Assembly: GCF_018350175.1 (NCBI RefSeq)
Contig: NC_058368.1
Coordinates: 217,312,001-217,376,000 of the forward strand
DNA length: 64,000 bases
Direction: 5' to 3'
Origin: Felis catus
Taxonomy: Eukaryota
Shown: piece by piece, positions 27,161 through 39,250 of the stretch
Layout: every line of letters starts with the position of its first letter
Position numbering within the stretch: the first letter of the stretch is position 1
The notes under the pieces: model-generated
The model's database searches: none
Told to the model about the DNA's origin: nothing
What the model saw: only the letters and a program-made list of their open reading frames with translations
Position numbers and translations under genes: made by a program

Positions 27161-27365
27161 AGGGTGTCTGGGTGGCTCAAGTTGGTTGGTTAAACATCCA
27201 ACTTCAGCTCAGGTCATCATCTCCAAGTTTGTGAGTTCTAGCCCCGCATCAGGCTCAGAACTTGGAGCCTGCTTTGGATTCTGTGTCTCCCTCTCTCTCT
27301 TTCCCTCCCCCACTCACACTCTGTCTCTCATTCTCTCTCAAAAATAAGTAAACATTAAAAAAAAT
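27161..27365 (+). mobile_element. Can-SINE with internal deletion
   Basis: SINE head/CT/tail; TGTGCTGACAGCTC missing. Confidence 0.9.
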
Positions 27366-28889
27366 TTAATGGGCAAATAACAAGAGATTGAATTTATAGA
27401 AAACATGCAAAAATATCTTGGAGATGTAATTTTGACCTGATCAAAAACAGGTAAAAGTGAAATTTGAAGGTAATGGTGAAAAATGAATGTGAAAACAACA
27501 CTTTGGGCTTCATAACTTTGTGTATGAGCAATAAAATATGAGTTACAAATTATAACCCCAATGAAATATTAAAGATAAGACAAAGACTTCATGGACCAAA
27601 ATAATAACTAGAAAATAACAATAGCCCAATATTCTAATGCTTTCAAGAAATATATTTAACAAGATACAAAATAAAGCTAAGTGATAGTTTTAAAAGTAAA
27701 TATACCACTATAAAAATCATTACGTGCATATCAGCCTACCATAATCAAAGGAAGGTGATACTAAGTGTCTAAATAAGAGAGTTATGGTACACAATTTACC
27801 TAATGAATATTGTAAGTATAAGACTAGATATATTTCACTGAAGCCTCATAGATTCCTAAGGAACTCATATTTTAATTTTCCTTCAATATCACTAGTTGTC
27901 ACTAGGTTCTTATTAGTAATGTGAACTTTGTGTGTGGGGTTCTAAATGCCAGAATATGTAGCAAGGCAATTTTAATAAAAATTAATAATAATAATTTTAA
28001 TAATTTATGTGTTCAACACTTTTTTCTCCATGAATTCCTCCATGCATTCATTACTACAGTCTCAATTGCTTTCTTTTTGTTTATTGACTATCTCCATGAA
28101 CTTGATCTATAATGCAATTTTTCAAATCATTTGCCATATTATTTGTACAATGATTTATAAATTAATCATTCCCCACTAGAAATGAATAATACTTTTTATA
28201 CTAAGCCATAAAAAGAAACTAGGAAATATAACTTATCTATAAATTATTCCATTTAGGCAAAATTTTGGTAAGGACTAAATAATTTTAGAAATTACATGAG
28301 TATGAGGGTAATGATATTCATTTATTCCATGGTACAAAATAAAATTCTGCATTCATGTGAAACAGTTACTTGCTCATTTAAAAATAATTTTTAACTTACT
28401 TTTAATCCACCCAAGTAGGTTGTTTGTCATGCAATATAGTCAAAGCTTTATGAAGTAGCTTGTATTGTATTTTTAACACTAAACATAGCCAATGGAATGT
28501 AAATACTATTTTAAAATAAAGGTATTATATTCATTTTCAATGGGTCAGCTTTTCTGTTATAAATCTTTGATGAAATCAGGCATATAAACGTAACAAAAAA
28601 ACACACCAAAAAAATGTCCTACAACCTCATTAGTTAATGATTAGACAAAAGCCGTAGCCATACAGAAACACAATACGAAGAAGACAACTAAGAAAATATT
28701 TCATTAATTTTGGCATTCAGTATTTGTGCTGTACCCAAATATACTGCTGCGATATTTTTGTGCCAATGCCTTCTGAAAGAAATATTTACACTGTATTTAA
28801 TTCATCAATAAATAATATAGCCGCTTGAAATTATAAGAAATCTTAGAAAATAAACATACAAAATCACATTTTTAAAAAAATATCATCTT

Positions 28890-29106
28890 GGGGCGCCTGG
28901 GTGGCGCAGTCGGTTGGGCGTCTGACTTCAGCCAGGTCACGATCTCGCGGTCCGTGAGTTCGAGCCCCGCGTCGGGCTCTGGGCTGATGGCTCAGAGCCT
29001 GGAGCCTGTTTCCGATTCTGTGTCTCCCTCTCTCTCTTCCCCTCCCCCGTTCATGCTCTGTCTCTCTCTGTCCCAAAAATAAATAAACGTTGAAAAAAAA
29101 AATAAA
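28890..29106 (+). mobile_element. Young feline Can-SINE
   Basis: CpG-rich; TSD AAAAAAATATCATCT at 28874-28888 and 29107-29121. Confidence 0.96.
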
Positions 29107-29339
29107 AAAAAAATATCATCTCAAATTATTGATTGTGCTGCTAATCTAATAACATTTAAGAACTCACATAAATGTTTTAACATTTTCTACTGAAGAAAAA
29201 AACACATTCAGCTGTATTATAGAAGTCTCTTTACACCGCATTTAGTGAGTTCATGTCTACTGCTGTACGTGAACCATCCTGTCCTGATGACATTGGAGTC
29301 GTCCATGCCCAGTTTCCAAATACAAATTGTATATTGTGG

Positions 29340-29785
29340 ACTTTTGTGAGATTTCACCACCAAACATCTGCCAGCTCTTTCTTCCTTATAACATTCTATT
29401 TCCTTTTGGAGAATCACCTGCCTCCTTCTAATTTTTGTATTTTGTTGGGAGAGTAAAAGTCCACACTTTCAATAAGCCAAAGAAGTCAAAGTGCCATACG
29501 ATTTCATCCCCAGATCCGGGAAAAGGATTTTTGAAGATATTAGGTGAGAAGAACCAGTTATCTATTACTTAAAATAGAATACACATCCTATTGTTACTGT
29601 TATCAGACGATTTTTGCTTCTATATTACTGATACCTTGGAATTTCCTCGACCCCATTCACAGACCTGTTTCCCAGCTTCTTGTTAATCCATTTAACCCCT
29701 AATATCCTTCTGGTAAATTTAATTGTACTTAATTTAGCCAGCATGATTCTTCCATAGATGGCTACCAGTTAACCTCAACTAACTA
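29340..29785 (+). mobile_element. ERVL-type LTR (LTR40/LTR41-like), candidate 5' LTR of the downstream provirus
   Basis: 3' end CCCAGCTTCTTGTTAATCC...AATATCCTTCTGGTAAATT...TTAATTTAGCCAG...AACCTCAACTAAC resembles recalled LTR40/41 ends. Confidence 0.45.
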
Positions 29786-30140
29786 GGGTAGTCTAGGCTG
29801 TGCTGTGATGAAATGTACTACAAAGGGTCAAAAAACTTTTATTTTTGGCTCATATTACACGTCCAAGACAGTGCAGAGCTTCTGCTCATGACAGGAGAGC
29901 CCAGGCTGATGGAAACTCTACTTTATCAAAATGTCACCATTTCGACATGAGGCTTCAAGGGATGCCCCGGCAGGACAAGAAGCCTCCTACAATAAAGTGC
30001 TTCAGAAAATGTTATGTGTCACTCAGAGCCTACTGGTCAGAACTAGTGACCCTTTCCTCAAGGGGCTGAATATGGACTCTCAAGTACATGAAACGAAAGG
30101 GGCACCAGGTAAATCTGAGAACTGGAAATCATTACCACAC
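29785..30140 (-). mobile_element. Old MaLR LTR (MLT1K/L-like)
   Basis: CTAGGCTGTGCTGTG...CCCAGGCTGATGGA...TGGTCAGAACTAGT...AAGGGGCTG. Confidence 0.5.
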
Positions 30141-30189
30141 ATTCCTAAACAATACATCATAATTTAACTGCACTCAAGAATAATTATGA

Positions 30190-30404
30190 GGTGCCTGGGT
30201 GGCCAGGTCGGTTGTGTTGGACTTCGGCTCAGGTCAGGAGCTCACAGTTCACGGATTTGAGACCTGTGTGAGGCTCTGTGCTGACAGCTCAGGGCCTGGA
30301 GCCTGCTTCACATTCTGCGTCCCCCTCTCTCTCTGCTCCTTCCCCACTCACGCTCTGTTTCTCTCTCTCTCGAAAATAAAGAAACATTAAAATAAATTTT
30401 AAAA
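30190..30404 (+). mobile_element. Can-SINE
   Basis: Diverged head, CT tract, tail; TSD AATAAT(T/C)ATGA. Confidence 0.9.
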
Positions 30405-30515
30405 AATAATCATGATGAAGACTCCACAAACATGGCCCAAATTTGTGTCAACTCTTCAATTTCACGTATAAAACCTAGTGCTTGTACCACATTATTATTT
30501 ATTTATTAATTTTTT

Positions 30516-30732
30516 TTAATTTTTTTTTTCAACGTTTATTTATTTTTGGGACAGAGAGAGACAGAGCATGAACGGGGGAGGGGCAGAGAGAGAGGGAGAC
30601 ACAGAATCGGAAACAGGCTCCAGGCTCTGAGCCATCAGCCCAGAGCCCGACGCGGGGCTCGAACTCACGGAGCGCGAGATCGTGACCTGGCTGAAGTCGG
30701 ACACTTAACCGACTGCGCCACCCAGGCGCCCC
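30516..30732 (-). mobile_element. Young feline Can-SINE
   Basis: CpG-rich; TSD TATTTA(T/C)TAATTTTTT at 30500-30515 and 30733-30748. Confidence 0.96.
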
Positions 30733-31212
30733 TATTTACTAATTTTTTAAACAGCAAAAATATTGATGCATTCTACCTGAAAAAAGTTGAACTCAATTCC
30801 TGTTGGATTGCCACCCCATTCTAAGTCTCCAGCCCAAGGAGAAGTCTGTTTTTATTTAGGATGGATCTGCCAGACTACTTGGGAACTACTACAGGTCAAG
30901 AAGCAGCATAAGCTCTCTGTGGCTCTATGGGTGTGCTTTTCGCATAGGCAGTATAGCCGGTAGAATCCTCAGAGTGTGAATTACAGGTTGGCTGGGCTTA
31001 GTCACACATTGTCTCTATAATTCAAATATACAGACAACCCACTAAAGATCTACTCCCTATGTCTAACAGCAATATCGAAAGCAAAAATTAAGTGGAGGCT
31101 AGATTGAAGTGGCTATTGGGAAGTAATAGTTCCATCCCTAACACTCTATGACTTCAGTAAATCTAGAAGATACAGAGCACTTTGAGTTACCAGAGTGCTA
31201 ATTTCCTGGTGG

Positions 31213-31404
31213 TTTCTTTTCTTTTCTTCCTTTCTTTCTTTCTTTTTTTTTTTATGTTAATTTTTGAGGGAGACACAGAATCCGAAGCAGGCTCCAGGCT
31301 CTCAGCTATCAGCGCAGAGCCTGATGGGCTCGAACTCACAGACTGCGAGATCATGACCTGAGCCAAAGTCGGACGCTTAACCAATCCAGCCACTCACGTG
31401 CCCC
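31213..31404 (-). mobile_element. Can-SINE lacking the CT-rich tract
   Basis: Reverse SINE; TTTTTGAGGGAGACACAGAATC shows the tail joined directly to the body. Confidence 0.9.
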
Positions 31405-31764
31405 AATATGCTGGTATTTAGTATGGAACCTAAACAATAGTAAGTACAAATATCCTACGCATTGAAGGATTAGTGGACACTAACGCTGAACGAAAGTTAA
31501 TTCCTGAAGAGGAGTATCACCATGGCTGTCTGGTTAAAGAGGAATCTTTATGGCTTTTGGACAATCAATGTGATTGCTGCTTTGAGTCTACTTAATTTAG
31601 GCTCAATGTATAATTTGGACAGACATTTACAACACAAAAGAAATCCTAGCACTAGATCCTGAAAAAATATGTTTTTTAAAAAGAAACGATTATGGTAGGA
31701 AGGTAAGGTAAAGACTCTGGAGCTGCACTGCATTCTAAAAATATAAATAAAAAGGAAAAAAAAA

Positions 31765-32004
31765 GGGGGGGCGGCACCTGGGTGGCTCAGCCGGTTGAGT
31801 CTGACTTCTGCTCAGGTCCTAATCTTGTGGTTTGTGAGTTCCTGCCTGGATTGGGCTCTGTGCTGACAGCTCGGAGTCTGGAACTTGTTTCAGATTCTGT
31901 CTCCCTCTCTCTCTGCCCGTTCCCCACTCACACTCTGTCTCTCTCTCTTTCTGTCTCAAAAATAAATAAACATTAAAAATAATAAATACATAAATAAAAT
32001 ATTT
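31765..32004 (+). mobile_element. Can-SINE
   Basis: TSD AATAAAAAGGAAA; inserted in ERV-L pol. Confidence 0.92.
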
Positions 32005-32885
32005 AATAAAAAGGAAATCACATCTTTGTGGAGAATCACAGAGATCAATGTCATCCTCAAAGATTTGAAAATACATTATGGTGAATCCTTTAATATTTAC
32101 ATTCAACTCACCTGCTTATAAAGATAGAGTGATCTTAGAGAATTACATTTAGTTAAGAACTTCAATTGATGCCTTTGTCTCACATATGGTCTTTTCCCTG
32201 GAATAAACCTAAAACCTCCACTTTCTTGTGTCGCTGTTGATTTGCCAAATATTTCTTTTTTCTGTCTGCATAAAAACTGTCTACCACAATGAAAAGGAGT
32301 CATGTGGAAGGCTGACTGCCTTGTCGAGCTCTGTGCAAACCCCTCTGCAAGGAGGTTGACTGTCTCACATCCTGTAAGGGCATGACGCAGCAATACGTTG
32401 ATGAATACTGGGGATCAGGTGGTAGCAGGCACCCAGTAAGCCGGCAAGAGGTATTTGTACAATGGGATGAGAGGTGAAGTCTACAGAAATACTAAGACTC
32501 CATCGTTAGGGCAGGTGGTATATTTGATTGGAAGTCTATTAATATATCCTCTGTAAAACAAAGGGCACATTGTTACGCTCTGCAGTCACTACTTCTAAGG
32601 AAAATGTGAAATACTTCATGAGCTTCATAGATATTGGGGAAATGAATGACAAATGTGGCTGCACTGCTCTGACCCCTTTATCAGGCTCTATGTTTTGAGT
32701 AAACCTCAAAGCAAAGGAGTTTCTTCCAACTCATCCAGGCCTTAGTGCAATAGCTTGGTCATCATGTGTGAGTGGTTCCAATGATTTTTAGAGTGTCTGT
32801 AGCAAATTTAACATTAAATAAAGTCACAGAAAGCCATGAACAGAGGTCCTTGGGTGTTTCCAAGCAAAATCATGTCTCAATGGCA

Positions 32886-34420
32886 ACTTTGGATGGATCA
32901 CATGTACTTAGCATCTGAGAGAAGCCTCACCACGGTTCCCTAAAACCTGGACCATGATTGTTACGACACAAAGAGTTAGGTGGGAGTCCTGAAACTGCCT
33001 CCCCACCTCTAGTCAAGAAAGCAAATCAGAATCAAAGTTCCATGAGGAACTTCACAGATAATCACCAGTATCACACATTCAAAGAACGAAATGGGGTGGT
33101 CTCATTATAGCATCTGTTTTCAATTCACCTTGTCAGTCCTTGGCAGAAACCAGTAGGGACATGACTTAAAGCAGCACATTGATAATATGTTTAAAACTTA
33201 TCGTTGCCCCAACTGCAGCCACTGTTCTAAATATAGTGTCTTTAGAGGATTACATTAACCTAGCCCCTGGTATTTGGTATGTGTCCATGATAATATGAAT
33301 ATCTGCCTCTCAATCTGCATTAATAGGTAAAATCAAAAGTATCTTCTTTGCGTGGGAAAGACAGTTACAGTTATATACATTTTCTCTTTTGCCTGATTAT
33401 TCTGTAAATGCTCCTGGGCTCTGCCCTAAGAGAGTCCACGGGGCAGGACAGCACATTGATACATGTAGATTAGATCTGATAATCAGTGTTTGGCAAGTGA
33501 TATAAATGTCTTATGAGGTAAATGCATACAGGAGGATGGAAGATAAACCCCACGAACACTCAGAGTACTTTAATGTTAGTGAAGGTATTAAGGGACCAAT
33601 GATTTGCAGCATTCTGAGCATCCCACTGTTAGGAAAAGGGCATATTATTTCATCTAAGACTTCCTCTAATAAAATTATTTCATCTAAGACTTCCTCTAAT
33701 AAAATTAATACTTTCAAGAGATCTGCAGGAAATTTAGGGGCAGATTGTAGAGCATTTAGAAAATGGCTTCCTTACCCAATATCAGGCATGTTGTAAGGCT
33801 GAGTTTTTTATGCATCCCAGAGCATGAGTCCTGTGCACTAGGGGAACCCTGAAGAGAAACCTGTTCTGCCACTAGGTCCATAAGACCACTGGAAAAAATG
33901 GGACTGGACATAGCAGTGGTGGACAGAAATGCGTGTGGTGTTTCTAGCAAGCCTAACTGGAGTTTAAGCCAAGACCTGCCTGAGGTCACACTGTAAGACC
34001 ATGCCACTGAGATCAGAGAAATTCACTCTGTACAGGAAAAGAAAAACAAATTGATGGTTTGTTATTGAGCCTTGATAGAGACAGAATATCTGTGAGGAGT
34101 CCTCTTGTGACTGTGTAACATGAGCTGACTGAGTCAAATGGTGTGGTTGATGTAAATGCAAACCACTTTATAACAGAAGCATTACATCAGGATGAGCTTG
34201 AGCAGGTCCAGGAGAACTGAGAAAATTTAGGAACATTTGCTCTAGACTTTCCTGTTGTCCAGCTCTTTTGCAAAACTGCCTCAAACTCAATCCATATTTA
34301 GAGACTCGCAGCATTTTCTAAAAGAGGGAAAAAAAGTCGGGCCTGATATATCGTAGAACAAGTCTGATATGATGGCACCAATCTAAAATAAACTGCTGAC
34401 ACTATTGGTTTCCACTTGGC
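32886..34420 (+). mobile_element. Decayed ERV-L-like pol, copy 2 (protease end, RT, RNase H)
   Basis: FNSP at 33119, INLAPGIWY at 33254 (cf. INTSPGTWY), QDSTLIHVD* at 33444 (cf. QDITLVHYIDD), GWKINP at 33534 (cf. GWEINP), MGLDIAVVDRNA near 33900 (cf. MVLEVSVADRDA), AGP near 34202. Confidence 0.78.
33644..33707. repeat. Perfect 30-bp tandem duplication
   Basis: ATTATTTCATCTAAGACTTCCTCTAATAAA x2. Confidence 0.95.
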
Positions 34421-35429
34421 ATAAAAAGATAAGGAACGAGCATCGCTCCCTCATCACCAGGCTAACAAATTTCAAGCGTAAGGACTAGTGGAATACTGCT
34501 GAGAGAATTAAAGCACCATGGAGAAAAGCATTCTTAGGTATGATACATAGAGAAGATCCAAAACTGAAGGTGGGGAAGACATTTATAAATCCCCTCTGGC
34601 AAGCCAATTTCCACCCTAAACACAAGGCTGGAAATTCGAAGCCTGTAGTACACTGAGGATAAGCATAGCAACAACAGACCGCAAATAAATTCAACTACTG
34701 AATAAATTGACTTTAAACTCCACACTCAAACCTAGCAGGAGGAAAGATGTGCAAAATGTCACACATAAAATCTACTTACTCCAGTATCTACTGTCTTAAA
34801 AAAAGACCTCAAATTGCAAGGCATATGAAAAAGCAAAGAGTACAACAAAAACATATTGCTAAGAGACAAAGCAATTAACAGAACAGGAACAAGGAAGGAT
34901 ACAAATAGTATAGAAATTAAAATAACTGTGAATGTTGTGTTAAAGGCTCTATTAGAAAAGGTGGACACCATATAAAATAAAATGGGCAATGGTGGGAGAA
35001 AATAAAAATTATAAGGAAAATCCCCCCAAAATCCTAGAAATGGAAAATAGAAGGGCAGAAATGAAAAATGCTTCTAATCGACTAGGGAAGGAAAGAATTA
35101 GTAAACATAAAACTAAAAAGTATTCCATCTGAAGCACAAATTTTTAAAAAAGTGATAAAAACAGAACAATGCATCCTTAAACTTGGCTGTGGGTTGGGGG
35201 TTACAGCATGAATACCAAATGATGTAACAGACATGTAATCAGAATTAAAATCCTAGAAAAAAGAAGAGAAATACTTAAAGAAATCAGTACTTGAATAAAT
35301 AAGGATCTTCCAAAATTAATAACGGACACCATTCACAAAGCTCAGAGAATACCAACTGAAATAAATATACAGATGTATGTACATGCACACATATATAAGT
35401 ATATCTTATATTGAAAATGCTGAAAACCA

Positions 35430-35639
35430 GGGGCGACGGGGTGGCTCGATAGGTTGGGCATCAGGCTTTGGCTCAGGTCATGATCTCATGGCTTGTGGGT
35501 TTGAGCCCTATGTCAGGCTCTGTGCTGACAGTTGAGAGCTTAAAACCAACGCTCCCTCTCTCTCTGCCCCTCCACCGCTTGCGCGCTCTCTCTCTCTCTC
35601 CATCTCTCAAAAATAAATAAACGTTGAAAAAATTATAAA
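35430..35639 (+). mobile_element. Can-SINE
   Basis: TSD GAAAATGCTGAAAACCA at 35413-35429 and 35640-35656. Confidence 0.93.
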
Positions 35640-36294
35640 GAAAATGCTGAAAACCAAAGAAATTAAAAAAAAAACGTTTGAAGGCAGCTAGAATGACAGA
35701 GTCATAACATACAGATATACAGCAGAATCAAAAATATTTTTATACAAGATTTTCACCAGAAATCATGCAAGCTAGATCATGATGTGACCTATCAGACAAT
35801 AAAATTATATCTTTAACCTGCTGAAAGTATATAAGAAAAAATTTTTGTTAATGCAGAAATCTGTACCTAGTAAAAATATCTTTCGAAAGTGAGGAAATAC
35901 TTTCTCAGAAAATAAAAACCAAAAGAATACATTCTGAGCAGATCCCCAATACATAAATGTTAAAATGGTTTCTTTTACAAATAGAAGGAATACAACTAGA
36001 CAAAAATTGTGTATATACACATAAAAATGAAGGGCGATGGAAATGGAATAAATGAAAATAAAAATAAAGTTAATTTGTCCTTAATTACTCTAAAGGATTA
36101 CCAACTGTGTAAAGAAAAATATTGTATACATGCATTCTGTGCTTTTCAGTGTATGTAAGCATAAATAGCACAATAGCACAGCAACAGTATGAAGGATGAA
36201 AGGGAATATAGTGTTGCAAAGCCTTTATTTGATACATGAAACAGGATAATATTATTTGAAGATACAATCTGATTAAGTAAAAATGCATATTGCA

Positions 36295-37208
36295 TGACCT
36301 AGTAATTTCACTTCTGAATATATGAAATCCTTCATATATGAATTAAATGAAATTGTTATCTTAAAGAGAGACAGATCTGTTCCTTCATGTTCATTGCCAC
36401 GTTATTCACAATAGTCAACCAGTGGAAACAACTGTCCACTGACAGATGAATGGATAAAGAAAGTGTGGTATATATACAATGAGGTATTATTCAACCATAA
36501 AATAATAAAGAAATCCTGGGGTGCCTGGGTGGTTCAGTCGGTTGAGCATCCGACTTCGGCTCAGGTCATGATCTCCTGGTCTGTGAGTTCGAGACCCGCG
36601 TTGGGCTCTGTGCTGACAGCTCAGAACCTGGAGCCTGCTTCCAATTCTGTGTCTCCCTCTCTCTCTGCCCCTCCCCCACGCGTGCTCTGTCTCTCCCTCT
36701 GTCAAAAATAAATAAACATTTTTTTTAAAAATTTGAAAAAGAAATCCTGCCATTTGGTACAACATAGATGGATCCTGAGGGCATCATGCTAAGTGAAATA
36801 AGTCAGGCTAAGAAAGACAAACACCATATGATTTCATTTACATGTATAATCTAAGAAAACTAAAGTCATATAGAAAAAAGAATGGTGGGGAAAGTGGAGA
36901 GATGTGCTGACCTACAGGTTATGAATTTCCAGCTGTAAGATGAATAAGTTCTGGGGATCTAATATATGGCATGGGACTATAATTAACAATACTGTATTAT
37001 AGCTTGAAAGGTGTCACTGGAATAGAGTAACATTTCAAATGTTATCACCAAATGTACAAAAAATGGTAATTGTGTGTAGGGATGGGAGTGGTAACTAACC
37101 TTATTGTGGTCATCATTTTGTAATATATACATATATCAAATCATCACGTACCCCTTAAATTTACATATGTTATATGTCAATAATATCTCAATAAAGTTAG
37201 AAAAAATG
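36295..37208 (+). mobile_element. L1MA9/L1_Carn-like 3' fragment nested in the older L1
   Basis: ORF2 tail (GATGAATGGATAAAGAAAGTGTGG) and 3'UTR (ATGAATAAGTTCTGGGGATCTAAT...TCTCAATAAAG); approximate TSD AAAATGCATATTGCA / AAAATGCAAATGCA. Confidence 0.82.
36519..36737 (+). mobile_element. Can-SINE nested in L1
   Basis: TSD AAAGAAATCCTG at 36507-36518 and 36738-36749. Confidence 0.95.
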
Positions 37209-37512
37209 TAAAATGCAAATGCAAAGGCAACAGTTAAAACATTTAAAAAGTACAAACAATAAATTAGTAGTAGGGATAAAATGGAATAATAGAAAGTGCT
37301 CATTTAACTTAAAAGAAGGCAGAAAAAATAAAAAAATGAAAAAGTACAAAACAGGTAGTGAGGTTTAGAATTTAATCTAACCGTATAAATAATCACATTA
37401 AATGTAGATGGTCTAAACACTCAAAAGACAGATATGATACTGTCTAATTGGCTACAAAGTAAAATCTAATAATATGTTGTTTACAAAATCATTTCAAACA
37501 TAAATACAGATT

Positions 37513-37721
37513 GGGGCACCTGGTGGCTCAGTGAGTTAAGCAACCAAATCTTGATATTAACTCAGTTCATGATCTCATGGTTCATGAGTTCAAGCCCCAC
37601 ATCAGTCTCTGTGCTGACAGTGCCTGCTTTGGATTCTCTCCCCCTCTCTTTCTGCCCATCCCATGTGCTCTCTCTCTTCCTCTCTCAAAATAAAAAACAA
37701 AAAAAAACTTTAAAAATTTAT
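37513..37721 (+). mobile_element. Older Can-SINE
   Basis: TSD ATAAATACAGAT at 37500-37511 and 37722-37733. Confidence 0.92.
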
Positions 37722-37754
37722 ATAAATACAGATCTCATAAAAGTAAATGATGTA

Positions 37755-37994
37755 GGGATGCCTGGGTGGCCCAGTCAGTTAAGCGTCCAACTTCAGCTCA
37801 GGTCATGATCTCGCGGTTCATGAGTTTGAGCTCCGCGTCGGGCTCTGTGCTGACAGCTCAGAGCCCGGAGCCTGTTTCAGATTCTGTGTCTCCCTCTCTC
37901 TCTGCCCCTCCCCCGTTCATGCTCTGTCTCTCTCTGTCTCAAAAATAAATAAACATTAAAAAAAATAAATAGAAGCACTAAAAAAAATTGTTTT
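37755..37994 (+). mobile_element. Can-SINE
   Basis: Full body; TSD AAAGTAAA(T/G)GATGT. Confidence 0.93.
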
Positions 37995-38949
37995 TAAAGT
38001 AAAGGATGTCAAAGATACACATTACAAACCCTGATCAAAAGAAAGCTGGAGTAGCTACATTAGTATCAAACAAAATACACTTCCAAAAGGTATATTTCTA
38101 GAGTCAAGAGTGAATTTTTCAAAAGGATATAAAATTCTAAGTGTGTGTGCACCTATTAAAAGACTGTGAAAATGCTTGAAGTAAAATCTGATAAATAGAT
38201 CTATAATTATAGACTATAACCAATATTCACTTTGTTTTTCAGTAAGTAATAGATCAGATGGAAAGAAAATAAGTAGGATGTAGAAAACCTGGATGACACT
38301 AGCCACCACTTTAAAGATATTATAGAATATTGTCCCCAACATCGTACTCTTCAAGTGTGCATCGGTATTCACACAGCTAGGTCATATTGCAGGTCAAAAT
38401 AAGAAACATAAATTGCTAATAATGATGTCCTCTTTGGATAGTTGCCACCGGAAATGAGTCAGAAAAAATGTGTGTACAGAGATATTTCTTTTATTTAATT
38501 AGATACCGTTTTCTAAATATCATCAATGACAATATGGTGAAGAAAAGTTTAAATGTATTTAACATCATTATTGATGATGTAAGAAATAATAACACATTAA
38601 TTATGATTTTTAAAAATATTTTTGAAAAAATTTTGTGGAAAACATGCAGTTAAACTAGAAAACCCTCTTTACCCATCTAATTAAAAAATTACTCATATCC
38701 TTAGGTTAATCACTATAAATAAATGATTTTCCATGTAAAAACCATTTTATGTAATAGAATTTCATAAATTAATCTATGCACTATTTGAAGGAAGATGGTA
38801 TAAAATTTAAGTATTTGATATTTTATTTTCTATTAATTATATGTCTGATGTTTGATATCATTTTATATTATACTAATTATATGAATTTTCCTGGCCAGTA
38901 ATCACAGATCGATCTTGACCTCACCTATTTTAACAGGTATTGAATAGGA

Positions 38950-39250
38950 TAAAGGTTCCACGATTATTTTACCACACATCCTGGGACAGTGGTTTCTCAG
39001 TTTTCTGCTATTACCAATGATACTGCACTGGAGAGACTTATCCTTCTTGGTATTCATTTGCAAATGTGTATATTTGAGACATTAGTAGAAGTGGAATTAA
39101 AATATTTGTTCAATTAAACATTTTTAAATATATGCCAAATCACCCTCAAAAAACAAAACAAAGCCCCCACAAGACTGTACCATTATCCCTTTTCCAATAC
39201 TAGGGGAATGTCTGTTTTCTTAGATTCTAATCAACCCTGGAAATCACCAA
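38950..39250 (-). mobile_element. Ancient L1ME-like fragment
   Basis: TTTTCTGCTATTACCAATGATACTGCA...AGAAGTGGAATT...TGCCAAAT. Confidence 0.5.

Larger units (their letters stand above)
30980..32885 (+). mobile_element. Decayed ERV-L-like internal region, copy 1 (gag end, protease, RT, tether); interrupted by two SINEs
   Basis: Manual translation: GLVDTNAERKLIP at 31467 (cf. ERV-L GLLDTGSELTLIP), FNSP at 32102, AVDLPNISFF at 32233 (cf. AIDLANAFF), YVDE at 32394 (cf. YIDD). Confidence 0.75.
34430..38420 (+). mobile_element. Ancient L1M (5' region, ORF1 remnant, inter-ORF, start of ORF2) with nested insertions
   Basis: A-rich ORF1-like remnants (TTCCAAAATTAAT..AAAGCTCAGAGAATACCAA; TTTTCACCAGAAATCATGCAAGCTAGA); endonuclease start ATCACATTAAATGTAGATGGTCTAAAC (ITLNVDGLN) near 37392; CAAAAGAAAGCTGGAGTAGCTACATTA. 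Confidence 0.75.

Noticed and set aside
28864..29082. Recurrent peptides such as RETEHERGRGRERGRHRI and SSSPASGS...SDSVSPSLS, suggesting a gene family
   Set aside because: These are reading frames of Can-SINE copies.
33644..33707. CRISPR-like 30-bp direct repeat
   Set aside because: Two adjacent units, no spacer, eukaryotic context.
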